Under the pieces are notes generated by a model, which was given only the letters and a program-made list of their open reading frames with translations, did no database searches and had not been told where the DNA came from. A stretch of DNA of 59,775 bases, taken from NCBI GenBank assembly GCA_041496385.1, contig JBGQEL010000018.1:1-59775 (forward strand), given 5' to 3'. A program made the translations under genes and the position numbers. Numbering within the stretch: the stretch's first letter is position 1; every line of letters starts with the position of its first letter. The DNA comes from Candidatus Methylomirabilia bacterium. Lineage in GTDB: Bacteria; Methylomirabilota; Methylomirabilia; Rokubacteriales; CSP1-6. Shown piece by piece: positions 37,999 to 47,124 of the stretch.

Positions 37999-38007
37999 GT
38001 GCGTCCG

Positions 38008-38802
38008 TCAGTGCCCGCGGAACACGGGCTCGCGCTTCTCGACGAAGGCCTTGGCCGCCTCGCGATGGTCGTCGGTCATACCGCATCGGGTGTGGTGCCA
38101 CGCTTCGAGATCGAGCGAGTCCTTGAGGGTTCCGCTCTCCGCCGCGTTGAAGTTGCGCTTCATGTAGCGGAGCGCGACGCGCGGACCGCGCGCCAGGCGG
38201 AGGGCCAGGGCCATCGTCTCCTCCTCGAGGCGGGTGTCGGGCACCACGCGGTTCACGAGTCCCAGCTGGAGCGCCTGCGCCGCGTCCACGATGTCGGCCG
38301 TGTAGTACAGCTCGCGCGCCTTCGCGGAGCCGACGAGCTGAGTGAGGAACCAGCTCCCGCCGAAGTCACCCGAGTACCCCACGCGCGCGAACGCCGGCGC
38401 GAGCCGCGCCGTGTCGCCGGCGACCCGGAGGTCGCACGCGAGGGCGAGCGAGAGCCCGGCGCCCGCGGCCGCGCCCCGCACCATCGCGATCGTCGGCTTC
38501 GGCATCTCGTGGAGCCAGCGCGAGACCTCCATGCGCCCTCTGAGCGCCTGGGCGCGCTCCTCGAGCGTCGTGCCCTCGGCTTCGAGGCCCTCGGCCATCG
38601 CCTTCACGTCACCGCCAGCGCAGAAGCCTCGGCCCGCGCCCGTCACCACGACCGCGCCGACGTCCCCATCCTCGGCGAGTCGCGGCAGCGCGGAGAGGAG
38701 CCCGTCGAGCATCGATCGCGACATGGCGTTGAGGCGGTCGGGGCGATTCAGCGTGAGCAGCGCCACCCCGTCCCTGACGGATTCGAGCAGGTCCTGAGTC
38801 AT
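38008..38802 (-). CDS. Enoyl-CoA hydratase/isomerase family protein
   Basis: LNRP..LNA, FCAGGD, A.GAG.SLAL.CD, AF.EKR.P.F. ATG 38802. Confidence 0.92.
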   Translation of the reverse strand: MTQDLLESVRDGVALLTLNRPDRLNAMSRSMLDGLLSALPRLAEDGDVGAVVVTGAGRGFCAGGDVKAMAEGLEAEGTTLEERAQALRGRMEVSRWLHEMPKPTIAMVRGAAAGAGLSLALACDLRVAGDTARLAPAFARVGYSGDFGGSWFLTQLVGSAKARELYYTADIVDAAQALQLGLVNRVVPDTRLEEETMALALRLARGPRVALRYMKRNFNAAESGTLKDSLDLEAWHHTRCGMTDDHREAAKAFVEKREPVFRGH

Positions 38803-38832
38803 GAAGGTCCCTCCGATCGTGCCGTGTGCCGC

Positions 38833-38844
38833 GATGGTACCATC
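38833..38844. promoter_or_regulatory. Palindromic bidirectional extended -10 element
   Basis: GATGGTACCATC is a perfect 12-bp palindrome reading TG-G-TACCAT on both strands, between divergent genes that each have a GGAGG SD. Confidence 0.55.
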
Positions 38845-38860
38845 TGCCCGGGAGGGCGCC

Positions 38861-39712
38861 ATGCTCGAACGCGTCGATCGTATCCAGCTGGCCGTCCGCG
38901 ACCGGGCCGCCGCCGCGCGAACCTTCATCGAGCTGCTCGGCGCGACGCCGGCGCGCGAGGCGCCCTCGGCGCACCTGGGCGCGCGCCGCAGCGTGCTCCG
39001 GCTCGGCGAGTGCGAGGTCGAGCTCTGCGAGCCCTCGGGCCCCGGCCCCGTTCAGGAGCACCTCGAGCGCTGGGGTGAAGGGCTCCTGGCCGCCGGGTTC
39101 GCCGCCCCGGACATGACCGAGCTCCACGCCGCGTTCGCCGAGGAGGGGGTGGGCTTCGTCGAGGACGGCGGCCAGACCTACCTCGAACCCGACGCGATGG
39201 CGGGCATCCGCGTCGTGCTCACGCCTTCCTGGCCGGCCCCGCGCGCCGGCGCGCGCCTCTACGAGGTCACCAACACGCTCGTCTCCGACTGGAAGGCGGC
39301 GGCCGACCTCTACGCGCGTCTCTTCGGCCTCGACCCAGCACGGTTTTCACCGATCCGGAGCGATCGCTTCGGGTATGTGGGGACACTCACCCTGTTCGAT
39401 CCGCCGGCTCGCCTGGACAGGATCGAGGTCGTGCAGACCGTGAACCCGGCCTCCCCGATGGGACGCTGGGCGGCCAAGCGCGGAGATTCGCTCTACATGT
39501 GCTACCTCGAGACCGACGACGTGGGAGGCCTCGTGGGACGCCTCGAGGCCGCCGGCGGCCGATGGACGCCGCGGAGTGTCGACTCCCCCTCCGAGCGCGA
39601 CGGCCTGTGGATCCATCCGAGCGCGCTGCACGGGCTTCTGCTCGGTGTCTCGCGTCCGACCCTCGCGTGGGAATGGTCGGGGCGACCCGAGCTCGTGGCG
39701 CCGCGAGGCTGA
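38861..39712 (+). CDS. VOC/glyoxalase superfamily protein (two domains)
   Basis: VD.IQLAV.D, VEL.EP....P....L.R.GEG, repeated in a second domain. Confidence 0.78.
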   Translation: MLERVDRIQLAVRDRAAAARTFIELLGATPAREAPSAHLGARRSVLRLGECEVELCEPSGPGPVQEHLERWGEGLLAAGFAAPDMTELHAAFAEEGVGFVEDGGQTYLEPDAMAGIRVVLTPSWPAPRAGARLYEVTNTLVSDWKAAADLYARLFGLDPARFSPIRSDRFGYVGTLTLFDPPARLDRIEVVQTVNPASPMGRWAAKRGDSLYMCYLETDDVGGLVGRLEAAGGRWTPRSVDSPSERDGLWIHPSALHGLLLGVSRPTLAWEWSGRPELVAPRG

Positions 39713-39715
39713 GCC

Positions 39716-40051
39716 GTGGAACCCGTCAAGGATTCGAGTCATCTCTACGAGGTCGAGCGCCGGGCGCGCCACGCGGAGCGCCCTGGATTCAGGATCACCG
39801 AACTGCAAATCTCGACGACGCAAACGGTGCCGTGGTACCAGCACACAAACATCCAGGACACCTTCTACGTGCTCGAGGGCCGGCTACGTCTGTTCTTTCG
39901 CGATCCGAAGGAGGAGATCCGGCTCGGCCCGAGCGAGACCTACACGGTCCGCGCCGGTCGGCCGCACCTGGTCACGAATGGTGGGAACGTCTCCGCGGTG
40001 TTCCTCGTGCTCCAGGGCATCGGCGACTACGACTACGTCCCGCTTACCTAG
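39716..40051 (+). CDS. Cupin domain protein
   Basis: VPWY.H....DTFYVLEG, V.AG.PH.V.N. Confidence 0.8.
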   Translation: MEPVKDSSHLYEVERRARHAERPGFRITELQISTTQTVPWYQHTNIQDTFYVLEGRLRLFFRDPKEEIRLGPSETYTVRAGRPHLVTNGGNVSAVFLVLQGIGDYDYVPLT

Positions 40052-40120
40052 AACGCGCGCCCCGATCATTCAGCATGCCCGCTCAGCGTGACGGCCGGAG
40101 CCGGTTCCGGCGGCCGGGCG

Positions 40121-40510
40121 TCACTCCGCCCGCATCGTCTCGACGATCACCTGCTGGCCGGGGCCGGAGCCCGTGGCCCACGTCACTGTCACGGTGATAC
40201 GTGCGAGCCGGTTCGGCGTGGCGGTCGCGCCGACCTGGGCGACCTGCCAGGAACGCGTGATCCCCGCTTCGGGGGTATCACTCGTCTGGGCCAGCGTCGC
40301 CACGAACGCCTGGTTCCTCAGCTCCTCGATCTTCTGACGCGCGTACGAGGTCACCTTCGACTGGCCGCCGCTCACGTTCACGTTCGTGAAGCCCGCCGAG
40401 ATCATGCTCACGACGGCCAGGAGGCCGATCGTGAGGATCGCGACGGCAATCAGCACCTCCGGCAGCGTCATGCCTCGAGCGTTCCAGCGCGGTCGCATCA
40501 ACGCCTTCAC
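40121..40510 (-). CDS. Type IV minor pilin, PilV-like
   Basis: Class III signal G|MTLPEVLIAVAIL. Confidence 0.82.
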   Translation of the reverse strand: MKALMRPRWNARGMTLPEVLIAVAILTIGLLAVVSMISAGFTNVNVSGGQSKVTSYARQKIEELRNQAFVATLAQTSDTPEAGITRSWQVAQVGATATPNRLARITVTVTWATGSGPGQQVIVETMRAE

Positions 40511-40532
40511 TGTCGTCTCCTTGCGCCTGGGC

Positions 40533-42239
40533 CTACGACTGGAACCAGCGGCCCTTGGTCTGGACGACGCCCTTCGGCGTGCCGGGGGGCTGGGTCGTGT
40601 TGAACAGGGTGTCGTAACTCCAGGCGCGGGACGGCGGCGTGTAGTAGTTGCCGTTCCACGAGCCCGTGGCCTGCAGACTGTGCCAGAGCGCGACGATCGA
40701 GCCCGCGTAGGTCATCGTGCGGCCGGTCCAGTCCTCGAGGAACCGGATCGAGTTCTCGAGCTGGCCGTTGCCCTGGTTCGCGACCGACTCCGCGCTCGGC
40801 CCCGTCATGAACGCCGCATTCACCGTCGTATTGGTCGCGGTCCGGTTGCCCTTGACCTGACTGCCCTTGGTGTCGGAGTTGTTCGGCGACCAGTTGTTCG
40901 ACAGGACCGTGATCGCATCGGCCATGACGGCCGCGGCCTGCTTGCTCACCGTGTTGTAGTCGCCCTGGACGTACACCGCGTTCTGCGACACGACGGTCAT
41001 GCCCCCGCTCGGCAGCTGCGAGCCGTTCACGAGCCGGATCGCCGGCAGGGTCGTGCCCGTCACCGCCGCGGTGCTCGCCGCGTAGACCACCGCGCCGCTG
41101 GGCAGGCAGCTGTTGGTGCGGAGAATGGCGATGTCGAGCTGGGTGGCGCTCACGGTCTTGCCCTCACGCGCATCGTAGAACGACTTCGTCGTGATCGCGC
41201 CGCTCGGAATCGTCCCGCACGTCAGACCGGTTGCGACACCGTCGACGATCCGGACGGTCGCCTGCGAGTACATCTTCGCCGCGGCCAGCGCCGCCGAATC
41301 GCCGCCTGACGGCATCTCGATGAGCTCGTGCGCCACCACGTCGGGGTTCGACGGGTTGTAGAACAGGCCCGGGACCGGCGGAATGATCTGCCCGACCCCC
41401 ATCGCCTGGTCCTGAACCTTCCCGCCGAACGTCGAGGTCGCCTGAGCCGCCCACGCGGCCGAGTTCGCCCACGTGCTCGAGAACCCCGCCTGGTAGGTGG
41501 AATCGAAGTTCAGCGTCCGATAGGTGCCGCCCGCATCCATGATCTGCGGGTTGTTGTACCAGGGCAGGTCGGTGTCGCGCTTGATCCGACGGTAGATGCC
41601 GCCCGCCGTCGTCATGTACGACTGGACGTTGAGCGTGCTCTGCGTGCCGATGTAGATGTTGCTGTTGGAGTGGATCCGCCCGTTGAACGTCATCGTCGGG
41701 CCCGGCGCCATTTCGAGGTCCACGCCCCGGCCGTAGAAGACGCCGAACTGGAAGAGCGGCACCTGCGTGTAGTTGTACACCTGCGTCAAGTCCGAGCGCG
41801 TGCCTGCCTGCCCGTTGACCTGCGCGCGGATCGAGTACGCGTACACCTGTCCGAAGAGCCCCGAGTACGGGCCGTTGGCGAAGGTGGACGTGTACATGGG
41901 CGCGGGCAGAGTGATCGAGTACACGTTGAAGGCCGTCCCGGCCGTGTTGAGGGTCGGCGCCGTGATGCCGTTGAGCTGTCCCGCGGTCACCGTGGACGGG
42001 TCCGCGATGCCGGACAGGAGGTTCCGCAGCCCGACGATACCGGATTCGAGTCCGGCCTCCGCCGCGTAGAAGTCCTTCGTGTAGTCGCGCCAGTTGCTCG
42101 AGATCGCCACCTCGGTCATGCCGAGCCCGACCAGCGTCAGACCGAACGCCGTGAGCACGACGAGGACCAGGAGCGCCATCACCAGCGCGGCACCGCGCTC
42201 GGAGCTCGATACGGATCGGACAGCGTGAAGTCGTGTCAT
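40533..42239 (-). CDS. Large PilX-like minor pilin
   Basis: ERG|AALVMALLVLVVL (no Glu5), FYAAEAGLE, then a ~450 aa Thr/Ser/Gly-rich beta-type domain. Confidence 0.82.
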   Translation of the reverse strand: MTRLHAVRSVSSSERGAALVMALLVLVVLTAFGLTLVGLGMTEVAISSNWRDYTKDFYAAEAGLESGIVGLRNLLSGIADPSTVTAGQLNGITAPTLNTAGTAFNVYSITLPAPMYTSTFANGPYSGLFGQVYAYSIRAQVNGQAGTRSDLTQVYNYTQVPLFQFGVFYGRGVDLEMAPGPTMTFNGRIHSNSNIYIGTQSTLNVQSYMTTAGGIYRRIKRDTDLPWYNNPQIMDAGGTYRTLNFDSTYQAGFSSTWANSAAWAAQATSTFGGKVQDQAMGVGQIIPPVPGLFYNPSNPDVVAHELIEMPSGGDSAALAAAKMYSQATVRIVDGVATGLTCGTIPSGAITTKSFYDAREGKTVSATQLDIAILRTNSCLPSGAVVYAASTAAVTGTTLPAIRLVNGSQLPSGGMTVVSQNAVYVQGDYNTVSKQAAAVMADAITVLSNNWSPNNSDTKGSQVKGNRTATNTTVNAAFMTGPSAESVANQGNGQLENSIRFLEDWTGRTMTYAGSIVALWHSLQATGSWNGNYYTPPSRAWSYDTLFNTTQPPGTPKGVVQTKGRWFQS

Positions 42240-42249
42240 GGTCGCCTCT

Positions 42250-43050
42250 CTACATGTTCCGTGGACGGACGTTGGTGTTGATCGTGAAGGTGCTCGGCCC
42301 GGCCGATGACTGGGCCGACTGGGTCGTCGCCTGGATCAGGACCCGCCGGATGTTCGCGAGGTTCGCGTTCAGGTTGCCCGAGGTGATCACCGTGTCGTTC
42401 GTGTCGTAGAACGTGAACGTGAGGCCGATGACGCCGGTCGTCATCGTCTGGAGGCCGTTGCCGTCTCCGGCGTCCCTGGAGAGGGCACCGCCGCCGACCG
42501 AGTACTGGATCTGTCGGGGCCGCCCGACCTGCACGCCCTGCGGGTAGGCGTTCGTGAGCGCCGCGACGGTCAGGTTGTTCCCCGCGATCCCGGTGATCAC
42601 CCGCGTCTCCCAGGTCGCGCCGTTGTTGAGATAGACCCGGTCGTTCACCGCGAATCCGGCGGCGCTCGTCACTGGAAGCGTCGTCGCGGCGGCGGCGACG
42701 TTGGCGGTCAGCGTGCTTGACACGTTCGTGGTATCGGCCCAGAAGGTGACGGCGGATGAGCTGGCGGCCGAGATCTTCTGCTGGGCGCCCGCGGGCGGCG
42801 GCGTCGGGCACCCGTTGTCGGGACAGCCGTACCCGATCATGCGGAAGTCTTCCTCCATGAGCATGGCCGCCCGCGCGTCCTGCTGCGCCTCGGCCTGGTT
42901 CTCGCCCCGAAGGAACATCGTGTTACTCGTCATCTGGACCCCGAGGACCGCCCCCATGACGAGCCCCAGGATGGCGATCGTGACGAGCAACTCGGCCAGC
43001 GTATAGCCGCGCTGGTCCCAACGGATCGCGGAGAAGCGCTTCAGCTTCAT
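42250..43050 (-). CDS. Type IV minor pilin, PilW-like
   Basis: RG|YTLAELLVTIAIL, AQQ.AR.A...ME.D.RM.GY, C-terminal VRPRN. ATG 43050 overlaps the upstream gene stop. Confidence 0.82.
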   Translation of the reverse strand: MKLKRFSAIRWDQRGYTLAELLVTIAILGLVMGAVLGVQMTSNTMFLRGENQAEAQQDARAAMLMEEDFRMIGYGCPDNGCPTPPPAGAQQKISAASSSAVTFWADTTNVSSTLTANVAAAATTLPVTSAAGFAVNDRVYLNNGATWETRVITGIAGNNLTVAALTNAYPQGVQVGRPRQIQYSVGGGALSRDAGDGNGLQTMTTGVIGLTFTFYDTNDTVITSGNLNANLANIRRVLIQATTQSAQSSAGPSTFTINTNVRPRNM

Positions 43051-43511
43051 GGGATCGTCACCCTTCCCGACGCCTGCACGGACACCGTCTGCGAGACGCC
43101 CCCGGTCCCCGTGACCCTGAAGGAGCCCGTCTGGGTGGCCACTCCGAACTGGTTGAAGATCGGACTCGCGCCGGCGTTCAGCGTGAGCGTCATGTTGTTC
43201 GCGACTGCGAAGACGCCCGTGGCGCTCGTGCCCGGGCCCGTCCAGACCGTGCCGCCGCAGGAGCCCTGGACGAACTGATAGCCGCCGGCCACGATCTGCA
43301 CGCAGATCGCCTGTCGCGACGCCACCGCCTGGAGCTTCGCGCGGTTCAGCGCGCTCTGCACCTCGCGTGCGGCGTAGTTGACCGTAGCGCTCGGGATGTA
43401 CGTCATCATGAAGGGCACCGCGATGAAGGCCATGATCCCGATCACCGCGATGACCACCAGGAGCTCGGCCAGGGTGTAGCCTCGTTCCCCACGGACGACA
43501 CATCTACGCAT
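43047..43511 (-). CDS. FimT/FimU/GspH-like minor pilin
   Basis: RG|YTLAELLVVIAVIGI, A..L..AK..AV, I.FN..G, V..SGRV. Confidence 0.82.
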   Translation of the reverse strand: MRRCVVRGERGYTLAELLVVIAVIGIMAFIAVPFMMTYIPSATVNYAAREVQSALNRAKLQAVASRQAICVQIVAGGYQFVQGSCGGTVWTGPGTSATGVFAVANNMTLTLNAGASPIFNQFGVATQTGSFRVTGTGGVSQTVSVQASGRVTIP

Positions 43512-43583
43512 GTCCGACAGGACCTCCCTCGCCCGGACCGAGCCGGGGATACCGCTTGAATACAGCGATTCTGATGCTCTTTC

Positions 43584-43599
43584 AGCAAGTGAGATGCCG
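43584..43599 (-). promoter_or_regulatory. Sigma54 promoter for the minor pilin operon
   Basis: CGGCATCTCACTTGCT, GG-N10-GC, with an AT-rich tract upstream. Confidence 0.72.
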
Positions 43600-43720
43600 C
43601 CGCCACAACATTCTAATTCTTAAGGCTACTGTGATTGTCTTGGCAGTCTATCGGTAAATTCCTGAGCACGGTTCTCTTGCCGTTTGGTCACATTGGTGGT
43701 CAGATTATGTCACTTACCCA

Positions 43721-44443
43721 ATGTCCTCTCAGCACGGCTTCGCTCCGGCCGCCGCCCTCCTACTATTAGTAACACTTGCTGGCTGCCCCCAGACGGCGCT
43801 CAGCGAGGACTCGGCCCAGCGGGACGCATGGCGGGGCGTCGTCCAGACAACTCTCGAGTACAAGACCAGCCTGGAAAGGCTCCTGGTGTTCCGCGAGCAG
43901 GAGGTGGCGCGTGTCTCGGCACTCGTGGAGCGGCAGCGCGAGTTCCTGGCACACGGCATCATCGCCCGCCGCGAACTCGACGAGAGCATCGATCGGCTCG
44001 AGCGGGCGCGCCGGGCCGCCGAGGAGACGCGACAGCAGATCAGGACGGCCGACGCGGTGCTCGCCGAGGCGGCGGCGCGCGAGCAGGTCGCCGCCGAGCC
44101 GCCCGACTTCCACGGCGCCGGCCAGCTCGTCCGCTTCGCCGGCAACGGCGGCTGGTCGCTCGCCGAGGCCCCGCGACTCCAGACGTTCTTCGCGCGGCGC
44201 TTCGGACGCCCCCTGCCGGTCAGCGCCTGGGGCCAGACGCTCGTCCACGACCGTCTCGGCTTCGACCACCGGAACGCGCTCGACATTGCCGTGCACCCCG
44301 ACAGCGCCGAAGGCCAGGCGCTCCTGGCCTTTCTGAAAAGCTCCGGAATGCCCTTCATCGCCGTGCGCTCGACGGTGCCCGGCACCGCGACTGGCGCCCA
44401 CATCCACGTGGGGCCGGAGTCGCACCGCCTTCCTCCGAACTAG
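43721..44443 (+). CDS. Lipoprotein: coiled coil plus C-terminal putative M15/hedgehog-like Zn-peptidase domain
   Basis: Lipobox LAGC; FDHRNALDI and GAHIHVG (H..D..HxH). Confidence 0.6.
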   Translation: MSSQHGFAPAAALLLLVTLAGCPQTALSEDSAQRDAWRGVVQTTLEYKTSLERLLVFREQEVARVSALVERQREFLAHGIIARRELDESIDRLERARRAAEETRQQIRTADAVLAEAAAREQVAAEPPDFHGAGQLVRFAGNGGWSLAEAPRLQTFFARRFGRPLPVSAWGQTLVHDRLGFDHRNALDIAVHPDSAEGQALLAFLKSSGMPFIAVRSTVPGTATGAHIHVGPESHRLPPN

Positions 44444-44477
44444 TCGCGCGCTCCAGGGCGCCGCACGGCGCAGCCGA

Positions 44478-45725
44478 TCAGGGGCGGGGGCCGACGGTGG
44501 CGTAGCGCGGGTCGCGAACGGCCGTGACCAGCACCGCGAAGCCGAGCGCGCCGGCGACCGAGGCGACACCGAAGACCGCCCCGAAACCCCAAGCGTCCGC
44601 GAGGAGGCCGGCGGCGAGTGGCGCTCCGAACGCGACCGGCGCGACCGAGGTCGTGCCGAGGCCAATGTAGGTCGGCTGCTCCTCGGGCGACGGCGCGAAC
44701 TCGAGCAGGACGTTCAGGCCTGAGATCGTGTAGGCCGCGTTCTGGAGGCCCGCCAGGACGAAGACGGCGCCGAACGTCGCGAGCGAGGGCGCGCCGAGCG
44801 CCCAGAGGCTCGCGGCGACCGTGGCGGCGAGGCCGGCAAGGAGCACGAGACGGTGGCCCAGCCGGTCGGCGAGCCAGCCGAGCGTCACGGTCCCCGTGAT
44901 CTGCCCGGTGAGCAGCAGGGTCGTGAAGACGCCCACCTGCGACTCGGGCGGCGCCCACGCGCGCAGGGCGTACACGGTGTAGAAGCCGCCCCCCATCGTG
45001 CTCACGACCGCGAAGGCGCGAACCACCAGAAACCAGCGCAGATTCCGATCGCGTCGGAGCAGCGCGGGGACGCGCGCGAGATACGCCCCAAGCGCCACGG
45101 GCGCCGCCGCCGCGGCGGCCGGCGGTTCGCGGACCAGCACCAGGGCCACGTACGAGATCCCCAGGCACGCCGCCGCGCACAGGAAGCACACGCCGTAGCT
45201 CGCCGGTGGGGACACGGCCGCCAGGATGCGCGCTGTCAGGAGGCTTCCCACCAATCCACCCACGCCGGCGACGAGGCTCGACGCGGCGAAGAAGCGGCCC
45301 CGCGTCGTCACGGGGACCGCGCGCCCGACGATGTCCATCCACGCCGGCATGAGGATGCCGCCGACTCCGGTGATGACGAGAAGCATCAGGAGCAGCACGG
45401 CGAGCGTGGGCGCGGGGGCGACGTCGGCCAGCAGGAAGGCGGCGAGTGCCAAGACGAGGAACGGCACCCGCTCCCAGACGGTGAAGCGGACGACGAACGG
45501 CAGCTTGCGGTGGAGTGTCTCGGTGTGGCCGGCGGCGAAGAGCGAGGGCAGGAACCAGCCGACCGTCATGACGGCGGGGATCGCGCCGATCACCAGGTTC
45601 GGCGCGCCGAGGTGGGCGGCGAACGCGGGCAGGATCGTGGACTGCGAGGCGAACGAGAGCCCGATCATGAAGACCGAGTGGTCGACGCCGAGCGCGAGGA
45701 GGTTGTGACGGAGGTCGCGCGTCAC
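44478..45725 (-). CDS. MFS transporter
   Basis: ~12 hydrophobic segments, GWLADRLG.R motif. Confidence 0.88.
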   Translation of the reverse strand: MTRDLRHNLLALGVDHSVFMIGLSFASQSTILPAFAAHLGAPNLVIGAIPAVMTVGWFLPSLFAAGHTETLHRKLPFVVRFTVWERVPFLVLALAAFLLADVAPAPTLAVLLLMLLVITGVGGILMPAWMDIVGRAVPVTTRGRFFAASSLVAGVGGLVGSLLTARILAAVSPPASYGVCFLCAAACLGISYVALVLVREPPAAAAAAPVALGAYLARVPALLRRDRNLRWFLVVRAFAVVSTMGGGFYTVYALRAWAPPESQVGVFTTLLLTGQITGTVTLGWLADRLGHRLVLLAGLAATVAASLWALGAPSLATFGAVFVLAGLQNAAYTISGLNVLLEFAPSPEEQPTYIGLGTTSVAPVAFGAPLAAGLLADAWGFGAVFGVASVAGALGFAVLVTAVRDPRYATVGPRP

Positions 45726-46003
45726 CGCCAGTCCGCGGCCGCGAGTTCGGCCGCGAGCTGGCGCACCAGCGCTCGCCAGTCCGTTCGGTCGGTCTCGATC
45801 ACGACCCGCGTGGCCTCCTCCTTCTCCTGGCGGGCCCGGACCCGGACGACCTGCGGCAAGAGCCGTCGCCCCGCCCGCGCCTCGAGGGTCCCGGCGCCCG
45901 CATCATAGCGGATGACCCGCGCGCCGAGCCGGCGGAGTGCGAGCGCGGCCCGATACACGACCTCCTCGGGCGTCGCGGGCACCAGGAGTTCGCGCGGAGC
46001 CAT
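45722..46003 (-). CDS. Small hypothetical protein
   Basis: ATG overlaps the upstream permease stop, and its own stop overlaps the MFS start, so it is operonic. Confidence 0.55.
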   Translation of the reverse strand: MAPRELLVPATPEEVVYRAALALRRLGARVIRYDAGAGTLEARAGRRLLPQVVRVRARQEKEEATRVVIETDRTDWRALVRQLAAELAAADWR

Positions 46004-47121
46004 CACTCGAGCGTGCGGCGGAAGCGGAGCACGCTCACGGTGAACACCGTGGCGCCGATGGCCAGGAGCGCCAGCAGCTGGGGCCACAGGACCGCGAGGT
46101 CGTTGCCCTTGAGGAAGATGCCGCGGATCACGACGAGAAAGTACCGGAGGGGATTCGCGTAGGTCAGGTACTGGATCGCCTGCGGCATGTTCTGGATCGG
46201 GAAGACGAAGCCCGAGAGCAGGATGGTCGGCTGGAAGAAGAGAAAGGTGGACATGAGCGCCTGCTGCTGGGTGCGGGAGATCGTCGAGATGAACAGGCCG
46301 ATCCCCAGCGCCGACAGCAGGTAGACCAGCGTTGCGCCGAAGAGGAGCCAGAGGCTCCCCCGGATCGGCACCTCGAACCAGAAGACCGCGATCGCCGTGA
46401 TCAGCGCGACGTCGGCGAACGCAATCAGCCCGAACGGGAGCGTCTTGCCGAGGATGAGCTCGGCCGGGCGCAGGGGACTCACGAGGAGCTGCTCCATCGT
46501 CCCGATCTCGCGCTCGCGCACGATCGCCATCGAGGTGAGCTGCAGCGCGGTGAGCATGATGACCATGGCGATCACGGCCGGGACGAAGTAGTTGCGGCTA
46601 CGGAGGTCCGGGTTGTACCAGGCCCGGAGGCGGAGGTCCACGCTCCCGACCGGCCGCACGGCGACCGCCGCGGGTGGCTCGAGCGCCAGGCTGTACTGCT
46701 GGACGATCCGGCCCGCGTAGCTCGCCGCGACCGTCGCGGTGTTGGAATCGGTGCCGTCGACGAGGAGCTGGACGACCGCGGTTCGCCCCCGCCGGAGGTC
46801 ACGGGCGAAGCCCGGGTCGAACTGGAGCGCGATCTTCACCTGGCCCCGGTCGAGCATGTCGCGAAGCCCGCCGGCGCTCGCCGCGCTGCGCACCACGCGG
46901 AAGTAGCCGGAGCTCTCGAAGCGCCGGACCAGCTCGCGCGTTTCCTGGCTGCCGTCGAAGTCCGCGACGCCCGTCGCGACGAGGGTGACGTCGGTCGTCG
47001 CCGCGTAGCCGAAGATGACGAGCTGCACGATAGGCGGCAGCACGAGCATCGCGCGCAGCCGCGGCTCGCGCAGGATCTGGATGAACTCCTTGACGATCAT
47101 GTGCCGGAGTCGCTCCCACAT
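46003..47121 (-). CDS. ABC-2 type exporter permease (YbhR-like)
   Basis: KEFIQ.LR, VDGTDSN, WYNP.L.S, RERE.GT.EQL.V.P, LLSGF.FPI.NMP. Confidence 0.9.
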   Translation of the reverse strand: MWERLRHMIVKEFIQILREPRLRAMLVLPPIVQLVIFGYAATTDVTLVATGVADFDGSQETRELVRRFESSGYFRVVRSAASAGGLRDMLDRGQVKIALQFDPGFARDLRRGRTAVVQLLVDGTDSNTATVAASYAGRIVQQYSLALEPPAAVAVRPVGSVDLRLRAWYNPDLRSRNYFVPAVIAMVIMLTALQLTSMAIVREREIGTMEQLLVSPLRPAELILGKTLPFGLIAFADVALITAIAVFWFEVPIRGSLWLLFGATLVYLLSALGIGLFISTISRTQQQALMSTFLFFQPTILLSGFVFPIQNMPQAIQYLTYANPLRYFLVVIRGIFLKGNDLAVLWPQLLALLAIGATVFTVSVLRFRRTLE

Positions 47122-47124
47122 GGG

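Noticed and set aside
37999..38007. TPP riboswitch upstream of tenA
   Set aside because: tenA lies 9 bp downstream of the enoyl-CoA hydratase gene and I saw no TPP aptamer motif.
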